From: Callorhinchus milii
Taxonomy: Eukaryota
Assembly: GCF_018977255.1 (NCBI RefSeq)
Contig: NW_024704742.1
Location: 113,214,001-113,278,000 of the forward strand
Length of the DNA: 64,000 bases
Direction: 5' to 3'
Shown: positions 53,565 through 64,000 of the stretch, piece by piece
How the letters are laid out: every line of letters starts with the position of its first letter
Numbering within the stretch: position 1 is the stretch's first letter
Program-made: the position numbers and the translations under genes
The notes under the pieces: generated by a model
The model's database searches: none
What the model saw: the letters and a program-made list of their open reading frames with translations, nothing else
What the model was told of the DNA's origin: nothing

Positions 53565-54362
53565 AGGCTCAGGCGCTGACAGTATCACAATCCATGATTG
53601 CACATTTCACCTTATTAAGCCAGTCCAGAATCTTGGTGTCTTGTTTGACCCTCAATTATCCTTTCTACCCCACATCTGTGGCTTGATCCGCTCTGCCTTC
53701 TCCCACCTCCGCGACATCGTCTGGCTCCGCCACTGTCTCACACTGCAAGCCGCCAAAACTCTCATACATGCTTTCATTACATCGAGGCTTGACTATGCAA
53801 ACTCATTGCTTATCGGCCTCCCCAACTCCTCCCTCCATAAACTGCAGATCATCCAGAACTCTGCAGCCCATATCCTCTCCCGCACCAGGCTCCGTGACCC
53901 TATCACCCCCATCCTCGTCTGCCTCCACTGGCTTCCCATTACACAGAGGATACAGTTCAAGATCCTGGTCCTCACCTTCAAAGCCCACCATGGTCTTGCT
54001 CCCCCCTTTGTCACCTCCTAACCCCTACCATCCTGCTTGCTCCCTCCGCTCAGTGGGCTCCAGCCTGCTTCTCGTCCCCTGCCTCGCTCACCCCAAAATT
54101 TGGCGGGCGTGCCTTCCGCCACTCTGCCCTCACCCTCTGGAACTCCATTCCGCAGTCAACTGCCTCGCCCCCTCCCTTGCCTCCTTCAAGACCCATCTCA
54201 AGACCCTCCTCTTCGATCGTGCTTTCAATCACCCTCCTTCCCCCCCGCCCTCCACGCTCCCCGATCCAGACCTCCAGCTCGGGTGCAAAACTCTGTCTGT
54301 CCAGAGCCTTGGGACATCCTCCTGATGTGAAGGCGCTATAACAAATGTAATGTTGTTGTTGT
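53565..54362 (+). mobile_element. L2 LINE 3' portion
   Basis: Translation FDPQLSFLPHI..AAKTLIHAFITSRLDYANSLLIGLP..LHWLPITQRIQFKIL; (GTT)n tail. Confidence 0.93.
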
Positions 54363-54431
54363 CACCACAGTGTTGAAATTCTCAAAATGCTTCACAAGAT
54401 TTATTGTAACGTGTAGTAATTGCACTTTACC

Positions 54432-55043
54432 CGTCTCTGCCAATACCACTCCCCAAAAGCCGCTGAAACCCTGGTCCATGCCTTTGTCACCTCTCGGCTG
54501 GACTCTTAACGCCCTTCTCGCCGGTCACCCATCCATGACCATCCACAAAATCCAGATCATTCAAAATTCTGCCGCCCGCATTCTCACCCGCATGAAACTC
54601 CGCTCCCCGATCACCTCAGTCCTTGCCAGACTGCACTGACCGCCTCTCCCAGAGAGGATCGATTTCAAGATCCTCACTCTTGTATTCAAGTCCCTGCACT
54701 CCTCTGCACCCCCCTACCTCTCTGACCTCTCTCCTCAGCACAGTACCCGTTTCCTTCGTTCCTCCAGGTCTGGCCTCCTCCTTGTCCTCCGAGTCCTCCG
54801 CTCCACCCTCGGCAGCTGTGCCACTATGCCCGAGGCTCTGGAACTCCCTTCCTCACTCCTTTCACCTCGCTCCCTCCCTTCCTATTTTCCAGTCTCTGCT
54901 GAAGACCTTTCTTTCCGACCGCGTCTTTGGTCACCTTCCTCCCCCTCCCACTGGCTCGATCCCGGGATCCGTTACTGTGAAGCACTCTGAGACGCCATCC
55001 GGCGTGGAGGGCGGTATATAAATCCAAGTTGTTATTGTTGTTG
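54432..55043 (+). mobile_element. L2 LINE 3' portion, second subtype
   Basis: Translation IHKIQIIQNSAARILTRMKLRSPITSVLARLH; tail aaatccaagttgttattgttgttg. Confidence 0.88.
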
Positions 55044-55045
55044 TA

Positions 55046-55363
55046 ATTAATAATAATAATAATAATCCTTGCATTTGATATAGCGCTTTTCACGTCTTCT
55101 AGACGTCCCAAAGCGCTTCACAGAATATACTGTAAAGTGAATTGACTGTATATGTGTGGGCGATTGCGGCAGCCAATTGCGCACAGCAGTGTCCCACAAA
55201 CAGTCTTGGATTGAAAATGACGAATTTATTGGTTTCTTTTGGAGGGATTATTATTAGGCGTGTGGAGTAAGGAAACTTGTCCAAGGTTTCGCCCTGCCTG
55301 GAATTGAACTCAGGTCTCTCGCTTGCAAGGCGAGTGCTCTAACCACTGAGCTAAAGGACTCCA
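55046..55363 (-). mobile_element. tRNA-derived SINE, full length, tail-to-tail with L2
   Basis: Near-consensus copy. Confidence 0.93.
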
Positions 55364-55966
55364 CATGTTTATAGGCAAACGTTGTTGTAGGCAATGTGGT
55401 AAGTTCTTACAAGAATACTACTGTACTGAAAAAGTCAAAACCACCTTTCAATTGATCCTGTGTTGAAACTGCTGTGAGCAGCCCCGTCTCTCTCGGCAAT
55501 ATAGAGATGTGAAGTGTCATAAAGAGTTTATACTACATAAACCACATTCCACCACACAACCAATGGGATGTGAAAAAATACGCCTAATATCAAAATCAGT
55601 GGGGTTTTTTTAAATTTTACTCGAGAGCTCGATTTATTTTGAGTCTTTAATGTTAAAAATCCCTGTTCCCAAAGCATTCATGGGATGATCTGACTGCTTT
55701 AAAAGGGGAATGAAGGAACGAGCCCAGTATAGTTTGCACTTGCGACATTTCTATTGTGTGGGTATGAATCCTGCATCCGTCTACTCCAAGTGGCGAGCGA
55801 TGGGCCCAGCACAATGTCACAGACAGCATTTTTACGGCACGCCTGGCAGTGATTTATTGTTTCAGTTTAACTTTGCCGTAGCTCCTTTGTCTGCCTGTTG
55901 ACTGTTTCACACTCATTCCGGTCACTGACAACCATGTCTGATATATGCTTTTTTTTGTCCCCACAG

Positions 55967-56148
55967 AATGTTCAGGGCCACTTGGGATAGAGGGAGGGAT
56001 TATATCGAACCAGCAGATTTCAGCCTCGTCCACACACCGTGCTCTGTTTGGCTTGCAGAAATGGTACCCATACTATGCAAGACTGAATAAAAAAGGCCTC
56101 ATAAATGCCTGGACTGCCGCAGAGAATGACAGATGGCCATGGATTCAG
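55967..56148 (+). CDS. EDIL3: EDIL3 exon 6, N-terminal part of discoidin/F5-8 type C domain 1
   Basis: cacAG acceptor, CAG|GTAACA donor, 182 nt. Encodes (K)[60 protein letters not shown], nearly identical to recalled human EDIL3. Confidence 0.98.
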
Positions 56149-56843
56149 GTAACAAATGGAGATTACAAAGAGGGACACACTCAAACATAATTTGCAGCTC
56201 TCTTCTATGCCCCATCACCCCTCCATCCGAAGTTGAGTGCGCCAAAATGTAAATTAGTACAAGTTATTGCTTTAATGTAGTATTAATGTAATTTTTAAAA
56301 GAAAATGAAAGTAAAAGCTGCTTGTTTGAAACTGTAATTTGGGCCATGTTATTATACGTATGTGTCTTTTTATTCGAATGAGCAACTCTACAGCAGTAAT
56401 CATAAGCATTGTTGGATCGGTGAAATGGGTCTTGGAAAATAGAAAATGAATTTAAAACCGACTCATGAAATAATGCAGACAAATGTCAGGTATTTTATGT
56501 ATTACAAATTTTATTGAGTCGTGCTGATTTGCAGCTTCCAAATCTAACTATGCTATAAATACAAGAAAAGCACTTGTCATTTTAACATTTTGCAGATGTT
56601 TTATTCATTCGTACATTTTTAACTTGAACAATTCAAAGGCCATCGCTTGGTAAATAAATCTTTCATTAAAAACAAAGTAAGACCAATAAATGCATCCTTT
56701 TATTGCCTCCAAATGAGGCAAGTCAGTTGTTGGAACCATATAATTAACTCCTTAAAAGAGCAGAATGGGACTTGAAAGTTGAACACATAGTTGACTGCAA
56801 AACCACAGTATAAATGATAACTCTGACAAAAGAAGCATCTTAG

Positions 56844-56895
56844 GTTTTAAAGTGAGTCACTATCAGAGATCCCTGATAGTGACTCACTTTAAAAC
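56844..56895. repeat. 52-bp near-perfect palindrome
   Basis: gttttaaagtgagtcactatcag-agatcc-ctgatagtgactcactttaaaac; 23-bp perfect arms. Confidence 0.95.
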
Positions 56896-57598
56896 TGTCT
56901 TTTCTTCCCCACATCCAAGCCATGACCCGCTCTGCCTTCCCTCACCTCTGTAACATCGCCCGACTCCGCCACTACCTCACCCCTCAGGCCGCTGAAACTC
57001 TTGTTCATGCCTTCATCACCTCCAGGCTCGACTATGCAAACGCTCTGCTTGTCAGCCTTCCCAACTCCTCCCTCCACAGGCTGCAGATAATCCAGAACTC
57101 TGCAGCCCATGCCCTCTCCTGCACCAAACTCCCCCATTCTCGCCTGCCTCCACTGGCTCCCTATCCTTCAGAGGATCCAGTTCAAGATCCTGGTGCTCAC
57201 CTACAAAGCCCTCCATGGCCTCACCCCACCCTACCTCTGTGACCTCCTCACCCCTTACCAACCCGCCCGCTCCCTCCGCTCAGCCAGCTCCGGCCTGCTC
57301 CACGTCCCCCGACCCACCCACCCCACCACTGGCGAGAGAACCTTCAGCCACTCTGCCCTCAACTTCTGGAATTCCATCCCCCAATCACTCTGCCTTGTCC
57401 CCTCCTTAGCCTCCTTCAAGTCCCACCTCAAGACCCTCCTCTTCGACTATGCCATCAGCCACCCCCCTTCCTCTCCCCTCCCTTCTCCTCCCCTAACCCC
57501 AGTTCGGGTCTGGAATGCTGTTACACAGTCCAGCTCCTTGGGACGTCCTCCTGACGTGAAAGGCGCTATACAAATGTAATCTTCTTGTTGTTGTTGTT
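56896..57598 (+). mobile_element. L2 LINE 3' portion
   Basis: Translations HLCNIARLRHYLTPQAAETLVHAFITSRLDYANALL and LHWLPILQRIQFKILVLTYKALHGL; (GTT)n tail. Confidence 0.93.
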
Positions 57599-58289
57599 AT
57601 GAGACCATGACTCCATTCCAATGATGTTGTGGAGCCAAAGTGACATTCACCGGACTCCCTGATGGAGATGCATTTTATATCCCAAGGAGCTTTTTCCAGC
57701 ACTGGGCTCCATGTTTATTGTAGTTTTACTGTGTTTAGCTTTCAACTTATTTTAGCAAGTATTTGATGGTATCTTTCAGAAGTAATTTTACTGAAGTGTT
57801 TTTTTTAAATGGAGGGCACAAGTTGTTGTCATTTTAAATAAATTGTGCCCGTAGCAAACCAAAAGACAAAGACAGCACAGAACAGGCCACTCAGCCCAAC
57901 CAGACATATTAATCTGGTTTATTTCTTTTCAGTTGGAGCCCAGCTCATCCTGGCAAATATATATGTTGGATCTAGGTTGGCCACTCATCAGGATTGGCAC
58001 TTGATAGTCAAGTTTTCAATGTTCAGAAATTTCCAAAACTTTCATTTGAAATGAAAAATCTCAAAACTAAGTCTCTTTTTCCTTTTACATTGAAACCTTG
58101 ATTATGCAATGTTGATCTTGCTACTTCTGTTTCATCATCAGTTGAGTCATGTTAAGAGCCAGTTTGTAACAGTCACTTATGTTTAAGGATTTGTTTTAAA
58201 ATGAATATCCCACTAAGGAGATCCTAACAAAAATCAGTGCACGATTAAATTGATGAACCATCTCTGTAGATATTAAAATTTATATGTAA

Positions 58290-58411
58290 CTGTACTGTAA
58301 TGCAGATGGGGCTGTACTGTAATGCAGGTGGGGCTGTACTATAATGCAGGTGGGGTTGTACTGTAATGCAGATGAGGCTGTACTGTAATGCAGGTGGGGC
58401 TGTACTGTAAT
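58290..58411 (+). repeat. 22-bp minisatellite, about 5.5 copies
   Basis: Unit ctgtactgtaatgcaggtgggg in direct tandem with few substitutions. Confidence 0.95.
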
Positions 58412-58519
58412 ATAAGTGAAATCATATAGTGCTCTACATTTATATTTTCTTATTTCATCATCCTGAAAGTATGGGTTTGCGTTTTTCTAGGAAGTCATTT
58501 CCCCAATTCATAATTCAAT

Positions 58520-58890
58520 TGGTCTGGAGGCTAATAATATATTCACGATATACTATAAAGTGCAGTGACTGTGGTGTGGGGATGAATGGAGCAGCCAATT
58601 TAATGCACTGCAATGTCCCACAAACAGCCATGAAGTGAATGATTAAATTTTTATTTGGGGAGGATATTTGGCCAGGACCAGGAGAAACCTATTCTCTTTT
58701 TGAAAAGTACTATGGGATCTTTAACACCCATCTAAACAGATTTAACATCGCATCCTAAGGTCAGCACCTTTGATAATGAGTCACACCTTCAGCATATCAG
58801 CATAGACTATGTGAATTCCGCATCCTGATATGGGACTTGAATCCAAGCTTTCTGACTCAGTGGCGAGACTAACTGAGCCAGACTGACATA
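58520..58890 (-). mobile_element. Old Deu-type SINE
   Basis: tatgggatctttaacaccca...tgggacttgaatccaagctttctgactcag. Confidence 0.7.
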
Positions 58891-61800
58891 CAAATGATCA
58901 GTTAAAGCACTATCATGTTATTAGATTTGTGCTTTTGCAGAAAGCATTTTGGGCAGATACCATCAAGTATTTCTTTGCGCAGAGTGCTACTCATACTCAC
59001 TGAATAAATATTCAAGAGATTTCAGCCCAAAAGGCTAGCCTGCTCCTGTGCCATAGGTTGAATGGAACCAGCAGAACCGATCCTACACAAATGTTACTCT
59101 GAAAGTTGGGTCAGCGACTGACTGAAGATTTGGATGGCATCCATTCCTTTCTTTAGGCTGCTGGAAAGCAAAGTATGTTTACTGATGGGGGTAGGAAGGG
59201 GGAAGTTAAACTGACGTTTCATTTTGTAGGTAATTATTTGTAAAGCAGGTTCTCCATCATTACATTTCCTTAAGTCCTGTTTATGTTGAAGATGCAGAGC
59301 AATTTGATTACCAAAATACAAATGTATTCTGTTTCAATTCCTGACCTATTTATTGGCTTCAAGGCAATTTTCTGGTATTAAGATTGATGCATGTGTATTG
59401 TAGTGTGTCCTCATGAGGTGCAGGGTACATTCTGGCAATCGTTGGAACCAGTTATATTGTAAAGAAAATTAATTTGGCGGAAAGGATCACTGAAGTAAAA
59501 ATGAGATTTCATGATGGTCAATTCAGAGCTGGCAGCTTAATGAGAGAGCAGCTCATTGCAATATAAATTGTTTACATGATGGTTAGGTTATGAGGAAAAA
59601 TGTGCTGATGACAGCTGGCACAAAGTGAATCCAAGGGACATCCTGTTTGATGCACTGTGTGGTGCCAAATCTGGTATTAGCTCAGGAGCAGTAATCCAGG
59701 CTCAGTGTGTGAAGTTAGTGTCTCTATTTTATGTGAACTACCTTGTTTACTTGGCATTTGCAACCAAAAAGGGAAACCACTGCTGAATGCTGAATATTTT
59801 GACTTTAGACTGCCAAAGCAGAACTTGAGGACACAGCTTAACATTTAAAAAGCCTTAAGCAAGGCTAGAGATTAGAAAAAATATGTGGAACATAGCCCAG
59901 CAAAAGCAATTGATGCTGAGTTGATTAATTCCTTCACAAAAATAAGTGGATAAGTACCTGCTTGGGAACAGTTTTGAGAGATACGTGGAGCTTGCACTTG
60001 TCTCTCAAATTGTCAAAAATCAGCTAATTCTCTACAGGAAATGATGATTTTTATTGCTGCTGGAAAGTGTGGCAAAGAAAGAAGTACTATATTTAGTATA
60101 GCACTTTGTCGGGTCAAAATGTCTCAAAGTGTTTCACAAGTAATTGCTGTTAAAGTGTAGTGACTGATTCTGTAGGGAAACCATTTATGCAAAACAAGAT
60201 CCCACAAACAGCCATGAAGTAAATGGGTAATTAATCTGGAGGAGGGTTCGCCAGAATACTAGGAGAAACTTCGGGCTTTAAATTGGGTCTTGGAGGAAAG
60301 TTGCAAATCTGGTGTTAATCTAGAAAATCTCTACTATTCAATCTAGCTTCCATCATTGTGAAGAACAGGAAGGACATCTGCTTAATGAAGGAAGCCAGAT
60401 TCAACAGTGGTGATGTTATTTGATGAAATTTGAGATTTACGAATGGAACTTTCCTGAGAGCATGTGAACGATGATTCCTTTTATTTTGTTTTCATAGAAT
60501 TGCATAGAATGAGATCATGTGGAAACTAGCCATTTGTACCATTGGTCTTTGACAATGTTTATAATTCACACAAGTTTACTCACATCACCTACCCACCTAC
60601 ACCCTCTATTATTCGACTTTTTGGGCATGTGAAACAGCTTGCTTAAAACTAGCCTGTCAATGCTTTTTACCTGGATCCAGCACCAACATTTCTAATGCTA
60701 GAATTTGGTTTGGAATGGCTATGGAAGAAGCTCTATCGATGGCTTTATTCATTCTGTGCCATCTTGTAATTTTATTTGAACAGTGCAGTTTTTGTGAAAT
60801 AGGGTTCACTACATTTTGAGTGTAAAAGGACAGGCACACTATACCCTTCAAAGTTTTCATCCAGTCACCATAAATTCACCTTTGAAAAATCAAGCAGTTC
60901 TGTTTGCTGTTGCTGTACAATATTCTGGTTTAGAGTGCTGAAGGCTCACTGAGCCGACAGAGAAGACCTACTGAGCCTAAGAGCTTGAGTTGAGTTAAGA
61001 AGACTGCGGAGATATTTATTAACCCAGCAGTACTTCAGCTTAACTCAGCTTCAACATGGAAGCACTCAGAAACGCTTCACAATTCACCCCCACTACCGAA
61101 CAATATCAAGATTTGTTGTTCAAAGCAAACATTGGATTGAAAGAATGTTAATATTAATATTTGTTTTAACCAAACTGTGTTGCTACCAGTGTGTCTTTTT
61201 AAAATTGTGTATGTGTTCTCAATATCCATTGACCTTGAGTATTTCAAGATCTTTTTGTTATAATTATGAGTTTAGGAATGGAACATTTTAATGTTCCTTT
61301 TTGTTAACATTTTAAAGCTCAGTTTCATCTTAAGTACAAGTCATGTTATGGTTTGTTGGGTTGAGTGAATGTGTACCATGCATGCATAGTATTATAATGT
61401 ATTATTGCAACACAAAATTAAACTTGAGATGGCAGCCCTCATCTTTTTGACATAAACTTAAATAAAACCCAAGGATATTTATTCTTCTCACTGCATAACT
61501 ACAAATTTAGAAGATATTATAGTGTGCATAATGATATGTGACTTGTCCTACTTTAAAACTAGATTTGGAACCTTTTTAAAATGGACACCAGTTTCTGTGA
61601 TGCCTGATCAGCTCCATATGTCTCATTAACCTCTCGGAAACTTGGATCAACATGATTTCTCAATAGGTTGTAACTCATTTCCTTTCTATGCCCTTAACCC
61701 CTCAAAATAAAATAGTCAATGCTCAAACATGAATTGGCTATTTGAGCGTGTAATCCAGACAGTATTGAGATCCGCAGCCAAATAACTAAATCAATCTCAT

Positions 61801-62189
61801 GGAACAATCAATGCACTGCATTTGGCCCCAAACCAAATGTTATTTACAAATCTATACCACATTGTTTGCGCTCTGCACTTAGCAATTCTTGGTCAGGACT
61901 GAACAGGTATGGTGACCAGTTCTGGATTCTGGCTAAACTGAACCTCATAGCTTCCATTTGTTGAATGTCACATTGATGGATAATTGCATGCAATCACGAG
62001 CAGAATTCACATTAACCTGTGTACTCCAAGCCAAATCACTACAGTGAGCACTCAAATATGTACTTCCCCATTCTTCTACATGACAAAGCAAACTCTGACT
62101 CTGGGGAAAAAATGTTGGCCATATTGCCTAACTCAAAAGTGTTTTTTTCTTAATTAAGGAGTTAGTTTGGCCATGTAAATGTCACAACG

Positions 62190-62625
62190 TTGGTAGCATT
62201 CTCGCCTCTGAGTCAGAAAATTGTGGTTTGAAGATTATGTAGGGATTTTGAGCTCACTGTCTAAGCTGACACCCCAGTAGAGTCCTGGGGGACTGCTGCA
62301 TTGTTGGAGGTGCCGTCCTTAAAATTAGATGTTAAACCAATATCCAATCTGTCTGTTCCGTTGCATATTAAGGATCCCATGGGATGGCTGTATTTCAAAA
62401 ATGAAAGGAGTTTCTCCCAATATCCTGGCCAACAATCCCCAAAATTAATTGGGTATTTACTTCATGGCTGTTTGTGGGACATTACTGTGTATGAATTGGC
62501 TGCAATGTTTGCCTTCAAAATACACAGTTGCTACCCTTTATAGTAAATCCTGTGAAGCGCTTGGAGACATTTCAACAATTTAGTAAGTCACTATATTAAA
62601 TGCAAGGATTTTTATTATTATTATA
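62190..62625 (+). mobile_element. Old Deu-type (SacSINE1-like) SINE, near full length
   Basis: ttggtagcattctcgcctctgagtcagaa...ggaggtgccgtc...gatcccatgg...tcctggccaa...aaatgcaaggatt. Confidence 0.8.
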
Positions 62626-63092
62626 GGTAACTTATGATTGCAATAAATAATAAGGTTAAAGCAGGTTTTTTAGGAAAGGAAATTGAGATATCTTATTTAC
62701 TGAGGCCTTTGACGACTGACAATTTATGGACAGTTAAAAGGTTAGCTAGAAATTTGCTGCATTTTCAAATAGAGATTAGGTACACCACTTTCATGACATC
62801 TGGAGTCTTTCCTGTTAAATCTTAAACATGCAATTTGAGTTATTTCTTGGCAGAATAGAAACATGAACAGATTTGTGGATTATTAAAATGAGTTTTAGTG
62901 ATCAGTCCTGATGCCTTGAGCCTAGCCAGTCAAGCAATTAAAACCAAATTTTTGGTCACAACGAGTGCAGTTTTGTCCATTCTCAGCAGATCACCCTGGC
63001 AATTAAATTCCAATGTAAGGAATGAAATTTACAACGTAAGAATCATGTGCCTCAGATTAAAAACATGGCGGACGCTAGGACCAGGATGAGCA

Positions 63093-63110
63093 TGCTGCCA
63101 CCTGGTGGCA
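63093..63110 (-). promoter_or_regulatory. Candidate CTCF binding site
   Basis: Minus strand TGCCACCAGGTGGCAGCA matches the CTCF core CCACCAGRKGGCRS. Confidence 0.45.
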
Positions 63111-63642
63111 AACATTAAGGCCGTGTTCTTAGTTGTAGCTAAGAAATACTACCAAGGTTTTATCCCAATAATGGCAGATCAATGGTAGGTAATGGATAAG
63201 AGGACACAGGATCAGGGCTGTAGTGGTTAATTTAAGCGCAAAAACCAGGAAGCTTTTCTTTATACAGAAGGAAATTGGAATAGGTTACGTGGAAGGACGG
63301 CAGAGGTCAGCACACGGGACCTATCAGAGAAAGAGTTTGATGCTGTAATGGATAGATGGTAAGATTGGTATTCCAGTTATATCACCCTGTATTCTTTTCC
63401 TCCTCCCTATATCCTCGTGTAAGAAAAACCCATCACATTGTGTTCTCCTTTAGTTTATTCTTTCTCAGGACATTGGCACTGTGGTCACAATAAATGTTTC
63501 CTTTCTAAGACTACTTTTCTTCTTCCCTGTATTCTGTAGCAGAAGCGAGATGGATTGATTTCAAAATGGAACACAGTATCTCTAGATTCTGGTTTAACAA
63601 AGAACTTGTGTAATTCAAATTTTCAAGAAAATTCATAATTTT

Positions 63643-63780
63643 AATAATAATAATAATCCTTGCAGTTTGACATAGTGCTTTTCACATCTTCTAGAAATCT
63701 CAAAGCGCTTCACAGAATATACTGTAAAGTGAATTGACTGTATATTTGTGGGCGAAACGCAGCAGCCAATTGCGCACAGC
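63643..63780 (-). mobile_element. tRNA-SINE 3' part, abutted or interrupted by L2
   Basis: Runs from the tail to gcgcacagc, where (CAA)n begins. Confidence 0.85.
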
Positions 63781-64000
63781 AACAACAACAACAAGAAAAT
63801 TACATTTGTATAGCGTCTTTCACATCGGGAGGACGTCCCAAGTCGCTGGACAGCGTGAAACTTTTCAGACCCGAGCTGGGGTCGGGGGGAGAAGGGAGGG
63901 GAGGGGAAGGGGGGTGACCAATGGCATGGTTGAAGAGGAGGGTTTCGAAACGGCACTTGAAGGAGGCTAAGGAGGAGGCGAGGCGGAGTGATTGGGGGAT
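63781..64000 (-). mobile_element. L2 3' end, continues past window
   Basis: (CAA)n reverse tail, tttcacatcgggaggacgtccca. Confidence 0.85.

Noticed and set aside
13259..56148. MFGE8 (lactadherin) instead of EDIL3
   Set aside because: Three EGF domains, the acidic linker microexon and near-identity to EDIL3 discoidin C1 favour EDIL3.
58290..58411. CRISPR-like array
   Set aside because: Units are contiguous with no unique spacers, there are no cas genes, and the context is a vertebrate intron; it is a minisatellite.
56149..64000. EDIL3 exon 7 (INLQRKMRVTGVITQG-like)
   Set aside because: Not recognised in the ORF track or by eye; presumed downstream.

Overview
AT-rich, repeat-dense vertebrate genomic DNA. 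The repeats (SacSINE1/Deu-type SINEs, L2, CR1) point to a cartilaginous fish, plausibly a chimaera such as Callorhinchus; this species call is an inference. The window lies inside one + strand gene, EDIL3 (Del-1). Five internal coding exons with canonical AG/GT ends are present: 13259-13387 (EGF1), 21623-21652 (30-nt linker microexon), 36942-37070 (EGF2 with RGD), 44807-44920 (Ca-binding EGF3) and 55967-56148 (start of discoidin C1). I did not find exon 1 or exons 7 onward. Most other ORF-track entries are spurious or decayed retroposon fragments. The introns hold a young tRNA-derived SINE in short and long forms, older Deu-type SINEs, truncated L2 and CR1 copies, and DIRS-like and hAT-like relics. 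Best leads: a CAG-CAG-CAG triple acceptor and RBFOX/NOVA motif cluster at the microexon; a perfect 70-bp inverted repeat; an L2-derived pre-miRNA-sized hairpin; a microhomology-bounded local templated insertion; an apparent tRNA+CORE+Deu+L2 mosaic SINE; and a YY1+CTCF motif pair. I found no convincing wholly new biological system. Repeat boundaries are approximate and family names were recognised by eye, not by database search.
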